DNA from: an uncultured Hymenobacter sp.
GTDB lineage: Bacteria > Bacteroidota > Bacteroidia > Cytophagales > Hymenobacteraceae
Assembly (NCBI GenBank): GCA_913776615.1
Contig: CAJYPK010000053.1
Span: 9,778-73,777 of the forward strand
Length of the DNA stretch: 64,000 nucleotides
Direction: 5' to 3'
Notes under the pieces: generated by a model
Database searches by the model: none
The model's input: only the letters and a program-made list of their open reading frames with translations
What the model was told of the DNA's origin: nothing
Shown here: positions 52,453 through 60,267 of the stretch, piece after piece
How positions within the stretch are numbered: position 1 is the first letter of the stretch
Layout: the number at the start of each line of letters is the position of its first letter
Position numbers and translations under genes: made by a program

Positions 52453-53334
52453 CTACTGCTTGGGCGCGGCCAGTTGGCTGGCCGCCGAGCCCGTAGGCAG
52501 CGGCGCGGGCACCATGCCCCCGGCCAGCGTCGATACCTGCCCGTCGAGGCCGATTTTGCGCAGCGAGCCCGAGCCGGTATCGGTTACGTACACGCTGCCC
52601 GCCGCGTCGGTCGCCACGGCCGCCGGGTATTTAAAGCCCTCGGCCAGCAGCGACACCTGCCCGCTGGGGCTGATGCGCCGGATGTTATTGTCGTAAGTAT
52701 TGGCCACCAACAGGTTGCCATCGGTATCCAGGGCCAGGCCCCGGGGGCGGTTGAGGGAGGCGGTCAGGACGGTCGCCTGCCCGTCGGGGCCGAGCTGCCG
52801 CACGCTGTTGTTGTCGGTATCGGCCACGTACACGATACCCTGCTTGCTCACGGCCAGGCCCGCGGGCTTGTTGAGGCCCCTGGCCAGCACGGTGAGGCCG
52901 CCGTGCGGGCCGACCTTCTGCACGGTGCCGGTGTTGGGCTCGGTACCGGCGTCGGCGACGTACACCTCGCCGGCCGCATCGACGGCCACGGCCGTGGGGT
53001 AGGTCAGGCTGCGGCCGTGGGCCAGGGTACTCACCTCGCCAGCCGGGCTCACCTGCACGATGCGGTGGGTACCGGCATCGGCCACGTAGAGGGTACCCGT
53101 AACGGCATCCACGGCCGCGCCGGTGGGGTAGCTCAGGCCCGCGATGGCCAGCGGGGCGAGGTCGCCGGTGGGGCTCACCTTTTGCACCGAGCTATTGTCG
53201 GAGTCTACCACGTACACGTAGCCGGCTGCGTTCACGGCCACTCCGTCGGGGTAGCCAAACGGAGTCGGCGGAGTAGTTGGTGGGCCGGCCGCCAACAGGG
53301 CAGCTAGCCCGCTGCTTAGTAGAAGTGTTTTCAT
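52453..53334 (-). CDS. NHL-repeat beta-propeller protein, probably exported
   Basis: Six P.G.AVD..G.VYVAD..N..I..V repeats. Promoter element TACCTTTG on the minus strand at 53366-53373. Confidence 0.9.
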   Translation of the reverse strand: MKTLLLSSGLAALLAAGPPTTPPTPFGYPDGVAVNAAGYVYVVDSDNSSVQKVSPTGDLAPLAIAGLSYPTGAAVDAVTGTLYVADAGTHRIVQVSPAGEVSTLAHGRSLTYPTAVAVDAAGEVYVADAGTEPNTGTVQKVGPHGGLTVLARGLNKPAGLAVSKQGIVYVADTDNNSVRQLGPDGQATVLTASLNRPRGLALDTDGNLLVANTYDNNIRRISPSGQVSLLAEGFKYPAAVATDAAGSVYVTDTGSGSLRKIGLDGQVSTLAGGMVPAPLPTGSAASQLAAPKQ

Positions 53335-53459
53335 GGCTGAGAAAGGAGTGCGCGAGTAACTATTTCAAAGGTACCAATTGTTCCTGATAATCTGCTATTA
53401 TTTACCGTTTTAATCCCAGCGTCGGGCTTGCCCTACTTACTGTTTCTCCTTTGCCGCAC

Positions 53460-54179
53460 ATGAACTTAGCTACCCGCGCTACTGCGCCCGAACTCATGGA
53501 TGACCTCACCCTGGCGTCGGATGAGCTGCGGCAAAACCTCGATGAGCTCGAAACGATTAACACCTGGCTGGGCGGCTATCGGCCGGTGCTGGCGGCGCTG
53601 GTCCGGCTGCGGCCGCGCTTCCCCGCCGGCCGCCCCCTGCGCCTGGCCGACCTGGGCAGCGGCGGCGGCGACACCCTGCGCCACGTCGCCGCCTGGGCGC
53701 GGCGCCTCGGCGTGCCGGTGGCCCTCACCGGCATCGACGCCAACGAGTTCATGCTCACCTACGCCCGGGCCAAGAGCCAGCGCTACCCCGAAATCAGCTA
53801 CCGGCAGGTCGATATTTTTTCCCCCGAGTTTGTAGCGCAGCCCTACGACGTTCTCACTGCCAGTCTCTTTTGCCACCACTTCACCGATGCCGAGCTGGTA
53901 AACCTGCTACACCGCTGGCACCGGCAGGCGCAAGTGGCCGTGGTCATCAACGACCTGCACCGCCATCCGCTGGCCTATTACAGCATCAAGTACCTGACGC
54001 GGCTGCTGGGCGGCTCGCGGCTGGTGCAGCACGATGCGCCGCTCTCGGTGGCCCGCGCCTTCTCGCGGGCCGACTGGGTGCGGCTGCTGGCCCGGGCGGG
54101 TATCACGCGGTACGAGCTGCGCTGGTGCTGGGCGTTTCGGTGGCAGGTGGTTATTTACGCCGCAGCGGAGGCTGTTTAA
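53460..54179 (+). CDS. SAM-dependent methyltransferase of the type III PKS-associated family
   Basis: RATAPELMD, LADLGSGGGD motif I, LTGIDAN, SLFCHHF, INDLHR, HDAPLSVARAF. Confidence 0.9.
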   Translation: MNLATRATAPELMDDLTLASDELRQNLDELETINTWLGGYRPVLAALVRLRPRFPAGRPLRLADLGSGGGDTLRHVAAWARRLGVPVALTGIDANEFMLTYARAKSQRYPEISYRQVDIFSPEFVAQPYDVLTASLFCHHFTDAELVNLLHRWHRQAQVAVVINDLHRHPLAYYSIKYLTRLLGGSRLVQHDAPLSVARAFSRADWVRLLARAGITRYELRWCWAFRWQVVIYAAAEAV

Positions 54180-54185
54180 ATACTA

Positions 54186-55358
54186 ATGAGAAGCATATTA
54201 CCTATCGCTTGGGGAGTTGTATTGGGGATAACGGCTTGCGGGCAACGTCAGCCGACGGCTGCTGTGCCATCGGTTCCCCCGGCCGCTACGCTGCCTGTAT
54301 CGATTCCCAAGCCCCCGGCTCAACTAACGGCTAGTCAACTCTACGGAATATTTACGGCCGCTGCCGATACAACGCTACAGGTATCGGGACGCACCTATCG
54401 GCTTAGCTGGCAAGTGCATCTTGATACATTGCAGCCTCGCACGCACATCACGCTTCCGGATCCAGCTACGTACTTTCCGGGCGATACTAGCCGAGGCTTT
54501 CAAGGATACTATAAATTTGAGGTAAGCGACTCGCTGGGGCATCGCGTAGGTGCCCATACCTTTACGAAAGCCGATTTTTATCCGGCTGTGGGGCCAGAGC
54601 TGGCCATTAGTAGCGAAGTGGAGTTGCCCCACTTATTAGGTTATAGTGAGCCGCTTGGAGGGCTAGTATTCACGGTTACTTTCAATGCACCGGGTACCGA
54701 CTGGTATGGCCAAGCCGTGCTGATACTTACGCTCAGTGGGCAGGTGCGCTATCTGGGGCTCGGTGCCGAAAGCGATGGCCCCGAGATAACGGTAGCCTTG
54801 GCTTCGAACGGCCAGACGTTACTGACTAAAAAAGAAATAAAGCGGGCTGGTCAAGTACCCATCCCGTTGCGGCGGATGGGGGCTGAGTTGCGCGGGGCCA
54901 CGCTGCTCAACGATACACTAGCGCTGCTTATCTACGAGCCGGGCATATTACGCACTCCGCCAAGTGAAATGCCCTATGTCGAAGCAACGGCGACCCAGTT
55001 ACGTCAGCCCAATGCTTTTGTACTCGACGTGCGTAGCAACCAAGAAATAAGTCACTTTCGTTACGATGGCTTTCAATATGTGATAGGGTACATTATACCC
55101 ATGCAACTAGTACCGCAGACCCAAGCTGTTTACTTGACCGACGACGATAAGGGGCTGTATGTGCTACCACTTCGTAAGCCCGCTACCGGCCGATGGTTGT
55201 CCCTTGCTTTTATGCACGGTACCTCCAGCCCACCCACTGCGAATGAAGTGAGCCTTAATCTATCGGTACCAGGCGTAACCGAATCGTCGCAAGAACGCCG
55301 ATTTCTGGTCGATACAGTTCACGCCACCCGGGTGCGAATACAGTTGCTAAAGAAATAA
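54186..55358 (+). CDS. Hypothetical lipoprotein, lower GC
   Basis: Lipobox LGITAC. About 50% GC in a spot count. Confidence 0.75.
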   Translation: MRSILPIAWGVVLGITACGQRQPTAAVPSVPPAATLPVSIPKPPAQLTASQLYGIFTAAADTTLQVSGRTYRLSWQVHLDTLQPRTHITLPDPATYFPGDTSRGFQGYYKFEVSDSLGHRVGAHTFTKADFYPAVGPELAISSEVELPHLLGYSEPLGGLVFTVTFNAPGTDWYGQAVLILTLSGQVRYLGLGAESDGPEITVALASNGQTLLTKKEIKRAGQVPIPLRRMGAELRGATLLNDTLALLIYEPGILRTPPSEMPYVEATATQLRQPNAFVLDVRSNQEISHFRYDGFQYVIGYIIPMQLVPQTQAVYLTDDDKGLYVLPLRKPATGRWLSLAFMHGTSSPPTANEVSLNLSVPGVTESSQERRFLVDTVHATRVRIQLLKK

Positions 55359-55386
55359 GAATTCGCTTCTTATGTAGCCGCTTATC

Positions 55387-56499
55387 TTATTTCAGCTCAA
55401 TTTCCAGCAGCATTGCCTCCATCGTCAGCCCCGGTCCGAAGGCGCAGCTGAGTACTGGCGCCCCAGTATCGGCAGGAGTGGCGGCGGCCAGCAGCTCGCG
55501 CAGCACGAATAGCACCGTGGCCGACGACATATTACCGTAGTTGCGCAGCACCTGGTAGGCGTAACGGTTGTCGTCCTTGCTCAGCCCTAGCGCCTGCTCA
55601 ATGGCTTCCAGAATTTTACGGCCGCCGGGGTGCAGGGCAAAATGGCGAATATCCTCGCGGCGTACGGGCAGCCCGTGCAGCAATTCAGCCGTGAGCTGCC
55701 CGATGCCCCGCTCAATAAGCGCCGGCACGTAGCCCGAGAGCGTCATCTCGAAGCCGAAGTCGCCGATGTGCCAGGCCATGTCTTGCACGCCCTCAGGAGC
55801 CAGGCCGCAGTGAAAGGCCCGTAGCGCCAGACTGGGGCCAGCGGCCAGCGGCTGGCCGAGCACCAGGCAGGCCGCTGCCCCATCGCCAAACAGCGCGTTG
55901 CTCACCAGGTGATCGGGGTCGTGGCTTTTCTGGAAATGCAGCGTGCACAGCTCCACGCTCACGATGAGCACCCGGGCGGCGGGGTCGGCCCGCACCATGC
56001 CATCGGCCAGCCGCAGGGCATTCACGGCCGCGTAGCAGCCCATAAAATTGACGCAGGTGCGGCGCACCGACGGGGCCAGGCCCAGCGCCGTGACCAGCTC
56101 GATATCCAGCCCCGGCGCGTACATACCCGTGCAGCTCACCGTGATCAGGTGGGTGATGCTGGCGGGCACCACGTCCGGCGCTTGGCTCAAGGCTTCCCGG
56201 ATGGCCGCCAACGCCAGCGGCAGCGCCTCGCGCCGGTAAGCGGCCATGCGCTGGCTTACCCGGGGAAAAGGCTCCAAGCCGGGAGTATTAGGAAAGAAGT
56301 CAAACGCCCCGTGCTCGCGGCCGTAGTCGGCCAGCACCGAGTGGCGATGCTCGATGCCCGATACCCGGTACAGCGCCCGCAGCTTGCGCGTGTCGTTGGC
56401 ATCCAGCTCCAGCGCCTCGGCCATGAAGCCAGCAATGGTAGGTTGGGCAATACGATGGGGAGGGGTAGCGGTGCCAATGGCACTCAAATAGCTGGGCAT
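55387..56499 (-). CDS. Type III polyketide synthase (chalcone/stilbene synthase family)
   Basis: Catalytic triad Cys (FMGCYAA), His (LHPGG), Asn (YGNMSS). Also VELCTLH, LFGDGAAA, FGPGL. Confidence 0.96.
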   Translation of the reverse strand: MPSYLSAIGTATPPHRIAQPTIAGFMAEALELDANDTRKLRALYRVSGIEHRHSVLADYGREHGAFDFFPNTPGLEPFPRVSQRMAAYRREALPLALAAIREALSQAPDVVPASITHLITVSCTGMYAPGLDIELVTALGLAPSVRRTCVNFMGCYAAVNALRLADGMVRADPAARVLIVSVELCTLHFQKSHDPDHLVSNALFGDGAAACLVLGQPLAAGPSLALRAFHCGLAPEGVQDMAWHIGDFGFEMTLSGYVPALIERGIGQLTAELLHGLPVRREDIRHFALHPGGRKILEAIEQALGLSKDDNRYAYQVLRNYGNMSSATVLFVLRELLAAATPADTGAPVLSCAFGPGLTMEAMLLEIELK

Positions 56500-56608
56500 T
56501 AAGAAAGGCGTAGAGGTAAGGGATGGCCCAGCTTAGGAAGCGAAAGCGCCTGCCGTGGTGCAATACAACCGTCGGCCCGGCTTTACGGCCGGGCCGGCGA
56601 TGGGTTTT

Positions 56609-57754
56609 TTACGAAAATTCGGCGCCGTGCGTCTGGCGCATCAGGGTGCGTACGGCGGCTGGCCAGTGGCGCAGGCCGCCCACCACCAGCTCGCTCAGTA
56701 CCGGTCCGCCAAACAGCCGCTGCACGGCCCGGCCCACCCGCAGCCGCGCTCCAAACTGCCGCTGCCACGCGTGGGCGTACGCTGCTTCCAGGGCCGGGCG
56801 TGCCAGCTCGCCGCGCAAAAAGCGGCTGGCCAGCGGAACTGCCAGCGCGGCCCCGTGCAGTGCCATCGCCATGCCGTTGCCGCAGAGGGGCGTGATGAGG
56901 CCGGCGGCATCACCCACCATCAGCAAGTGCTGCTCCACGGGCTGTTTGGGAGCAAAAGAAATCTCGTTGATCACCTCGGGCTGGGCGTAAAGCTGCTCGG
57001 CCGCGCTGAGGATGGTTGCCAGGCGCGGATTGCGGGCCAGCACCTCGCCTTCCAAAGCCGCAATGGTGCCGCCGCCCGCCTTGAGGTTGGCACGGGTGGT
57101 GAGGTAGCAGAAGCACAGCTTGTCTTCTTCAATGGCCGAAATGCCAGCGTAGCCATCCCGAAAATTATGAAGCTCAATCACGTCGCGGGCGAAGCCCGGT
57201 AGCCGCAAGTGGTACTTCACGCCGAGGTAGGGCGAGCGCTGCCCAAAAAAGGCTCGTCCCAACTGGCGGTCGAGCGCGCTGCGCTTGCCGTAAGTCCCCA
57301 GCACGAGGCGCGCCGTGAGCTGGCGGCCGTCGGCCAGGCGTACGGTGTGCCGATCGGCGGCGGGGTCGAACGCCACGTCGGCCACCGTGGCAAAGACGAA
57401 CTCGACGCCCTGCGCCACGGCGCGCTGGTACAGAAAATCGTCGAGCAGGTAGCGGCTCACGCCGAAGCCGCCCAGGTCGAGCGGGCTGGCCAGCGTACGC
57501 CCGGCCGGCGACGACAATCTGAACTGCCGAATGGCCGCCGGCCCCAGCGTCGCCGGGTCGGCCCCGAGGCGCCGTAGGTAGGGCAGCACTTCGTTGCTCA
57601 CGTATTCGCCGCATACCCGGTGAAACGGGTAGCGCCGCCGTTCTACTACCACCACGCGGTGGCCGCGCCCCGCCAGGTCGAGCGCCGCCGCCAAGCCGGC
57701 CAGGCCACCCCCCAAAATCAGGGTTCCCGGAAAAATGCTACCGAATAAACTCAC
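56609..57754 (-). CDS. FAD-dependent oxidoreductase (geranylgeranyl reductase / FixC-like)
   Basis: GGGLAG, HRVCGEYVS, VGDAAGLITPLCGNGMAMA. Co-directional with the PKS gene. Confidence 0.92.
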   Translation of the reverse strand: MSLFGSIFPGTLILGGGLAGLAAALDLAGRGHRVVVVERRRYPFHRVCGEYVSNEVLPYLRRLGADPATLGPAAIRQFRLSSPAGRTLASPLDLGGFGVSRYLLDDFLYQRAVAQGVEFVFATVADVAFDPAADRHTVRLADGRQLTARLVLGTYGKRSALDRQLGRAFFGQRSPYLGVKYHLRLPGFARDVIELHNFRDGYAGISAIEEDKLCFCYLTTRANLKAGGGTIAALEGEVLARNPRLATILSAAEQLYAQPEVINEISFAPKQPVEQHLLMVGDAAGLITPLCGNGMAMALHGAALAVPLASRFLRGELARPALEAAYAHAWQRQFGARLRVGRAVQRLFGGPVLSELVVGGLRHWPAAVRTLMRQTHGAEFS

Positions 57755-57815
57755 CTATTGGGCGTAAAAAACTGGGTTTGTACAATTATAGAGTATATTA
57801 ACAAGCTGGCGGTCG

Positions 57816-57823
57816 TACTTTTG
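57816..57823 (+). promoter_or_regulatory. -7 element for the CTD-only gene
   Basis: TACTTTTG. Confidence 0.65.
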
Positions 57824-57892
57824 CGAAACCAAAAAACTAGTTGGTCGTTAACTTTCATCCCACCCAGCTACCGTATTCTGGTTGACTAGATT

Positions 57893-58273
57893 ATGAAACA
57901 ACACTTACTCCTGGTATTCTTGTGGCTGGCTAGTGTCGGTGCGTGTCTCGGCGATTCGTCGCCGGCCAAAGCTGCGACTACGCACGGTAGCCACCAAACT
58001 ATTATTCGTCCTACCCTCGACGACAAGACGCTGGTCGTTTATCCCAATCCCAGCACTGGCATTGTCCACCTCACCATCAGTGGCCTCGAGGGACGCAAGG
58101 TAGAAGTGAGCGTGCTCAACGTAATCGGCACCGTACTCTACCGCGAAACCTTGAGCGAGCTCAATGAGCGTTACACTAAAACGCTGGATTTAAGCCGCTT
58201 TGCTAACGGCCTCTATTACGTAAAGCTGGAAGCTGATAATTCGAGCCAGCTCTGTAAGCTTGTTATCCGTTAG
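57893..58273 (+). CDS. Small protein consisting almost only of a signal peptide and a T9SS type A CTD
   Basis: MKQHLLLVFLWLASVGACLG, a short linker, then VVYPNPSTG...NVIG...ANGLYYVKL...KLVIR. Confidence 0.88.
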   Translation: MKQHLLLVFLWLASVGACLGDSSPAKAATTHGSHQTIIRPTLDDKTLVVYPNPSTGIVHLTISGLEGRKVEVSVLNVIGTVLYRETLSELNERYTKTLDLSRFANGLYYVKLEADNSSQLCKLVIR

Positions 58274-58307
58274 GCTATTGCAGTATTTGCCGGGCTTCGT
58301 TGCCCGC

Positions 58308-58343
58308 AACAGAAAAAGCAGCCGTGTGGCTGCTTTTTCTGTT
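58308..58343. terminator. Bidirectional terminator
   Basis: aacagaaaaagcagcc-gtgt-ggctgctttttctgtt. Confidence 0.9.
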
Positions 58344-58363
58344 TTAAGGTGTCGGCCCAAAGC

Positions 58364-58465
58364 CTAGCGGGCGGCTACGGGGCTTACCATGTTGCGTACG
58401 CGGCGGGCGGTGTCCATCGCCAAAAGAGCGGTGGCGGCTACGAGGGCTAAAAAGAGGAAAAACAT
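58364..58465 (-). CDS. Unannotated 33-aa single-TM peptide
   Basis: MFFLFLALVAATALLAMDTARRVRNMVSPVAAR*, ending 21 nt before the bidirectional terminator. Confidence 0.45.
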   Translation of the reverse strand: MFFLFLALVAATALLAMDTARRVRNMVSPVAAR

Positions 58466-58583
58466 GACGCGAAAGAAGACAAGTGAAAGGAAAAACCTAT
58501 TAGCCCCCAAGCGGCGGCCACTTGTCGTTTAACCCCGGCCAGCCAGCCAGGGTTACAGTAAAATTCGGGCATTTCAGGCTGGG

Positions 58584-59975
58584 CTAGGGGAGGACCAGGT
58601 GGCCACTCTGAATGAGGCGGTAGAGCGTGGAGCGCCCTACGCGCAGGCGGTTGGCGGCGGCTACCACGTCGCCGTTGGTTAGCAGCAGGCTGTCTTGCAT
58701 AATGGCCAGGGTCTGTTCGCGTAGCGAGGGAAAAACCAGGGTGGTGCTGCCCGGCGGTATGGTTGGCGCTTCGGTCGGGTGCGGGGCGGTGCGAAACGGA
58801 ATGTCCTGGGGCTCGATCTGCGGGCCGTCGGCCAAGACGGCAGCCAGCTCTACCACGGCCTTGAGCTCGCGCACGTTGCCCGGAAACTGGTGCGCCAGCA
58901 GCCGCTGGCGCGCCGCCGGGCTAAAGGGCCGCGGGGGCAGTTGATTGAGCTTGCTGAAACTACTCACGAAGTGTTCGGCCAGTAGCATGATGTCTTGGCC
59001 GCGCTGGCGCAGCGGGGGCAGCTCGATGGGCAGCCCCAGTAAGCGGTAGTACAGATCTTCGCGGAAGCGCCCCGCGGCTACTTCGGCGGCCAGGTTGCGG
59101 TGAGTGGCCACCACCAGCCGCACGTCGAAGGGTACCGGCTGGGTGCCGCCCAGGCGCGTCACGGCGCGCTCCTGGAGTACGCGCAGCAGCTTGGCTTGCA
59201 GTACCAGCTCCAGGTCGGCCACTTCGTCTAGAAACAGCGTGCCCCCGTTGGCTTCCTCGAAGCGCCCGATGCGCCGGGCCACCGCCCCGGTAAAGGCCCC
59301 CTTCTCGTGGCCAAACAGTTCGCTTTCCAGCAGCTCGCGCGGGATGGCCGCCATGTTGATGGCTACGAAGGGCTGGCCTGCCCGCGCCGACTGCGCATGA
59401 ATGGCCTGCGCGACCAGTTCCTTACCGGTGCCGGTCTCGCCGCTTACCGATACCGTGATGTTGGTACGGGCTGCTTTGGCAATCAGCTCGTGCACGTGCT
59501 GCATGCTGGTGTGCTGGCCCAGCAGCATGCCCGCCGCTGTTTCGGAGTGGGCGGGGGCGGCCGGGGTAGGGGTGGGCTGGCGGGCGTCGGTCAGGGCCTG
59601 CCACAGGCGCTCGGGGCTTTGTAGATCTTTTACGATAAACTGACTGATGCCCTGACTGAGCAGGGCGGTTTCTAAGCTGGCATCGGGCTCATTGGCCAGT
59701 ACAAACATGGGGGCGGCGGGCAGGCGTTCGCGCAGCTTGCGCAGCAGGCGCGGCGGCAGGCCCTCCTGCCCATCGCTGTCTAGGATGAGTGCATTGGGGG
59801 CTGCGGCAGCGGTAGCGCGGTGGGCCAGGGCCAGGGCAATGGTGGCAAACCGCCGCACCAGGTAGTCGGGATTGAGGCTAAGCCGGTGGCAAAGCCGCAT
59901 CATGTAGTTGCTGTCGGGGCCGATAAGCCAAATGTGGTAGTAGCCAGACGTTTTCATGAGGGGGTGGGCCGACAT
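58584..59975 (-). CDS. Sigma-54-dependent enhancer-binding protein (NtrC-like) with an atypical receiver domain
   Basis: GETGTGKE Walker [39 protein letters not shown], Fis-type HTH. The start may be ATG 59957 instead. Confidence 0.93.
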   Translation of the reverse strand: MSAHPLMKTSGYYHIWLIGPDSNYMMRLCHRLSLNPDYLVRRFATIALALAHRATAAAAPNALILDSDGQEGLPPRLLRKLRERLPAAPMFVLANEPDASLETALLSQGISQFIVKDLQSPERLWQALTDARQPTPTPAAPAHSETAAGMLLGQHTSMQHVHELIAKAARTNITVSVSGETGTGKELVAQAIHAQSARAGQPFVAINMAAIPRELLESELFGHEKGAFTGAVARRIGRFEEANGGTLFLDEVADLELVLQAKLLRVLQERAVTRLGGTQPVPFDVRLVVATHRNLAAEVAAGRFREDLYYRLLGLPIELPPLRQRGQDIMLLAEHFVSSFSKLNQLPPRPFSPAARQRLLAHQFPGNVRELKAVVELAAVLADGPQIEPQDIPFRTAPHPTEAPTIPPGSTTLVFPSLREQTLAIMQDSLLLTNGDVVAAANRLRVGRSTLYRLIQSGHLVLP

Positions 59976-60267
59976 CTAAACCCGGAGGAATAGACGAAAA
60001 GAAGCAAATTTTTATCGGTAAAATTATAAAAGTACTCGATGAATGAGGGTTGAATGAATTGTGTAAAATTCCGGGATAAAACTGACAGTTATACTACTTA
60101 CGCGTCAAAAAGATAGGTCAGATTCCTGTTTTCGAGAACATTCCGTTCCTTTTTGAGATAAAAAGGAAAAATTTAATTTTATCTATTAACTTGAAGAATA
60201 AGCTCTTGCAAGGTTGGCAAACTCGTTGGATACAGTCAGATATGTCAAACGTTTAATCGCCGAAATC

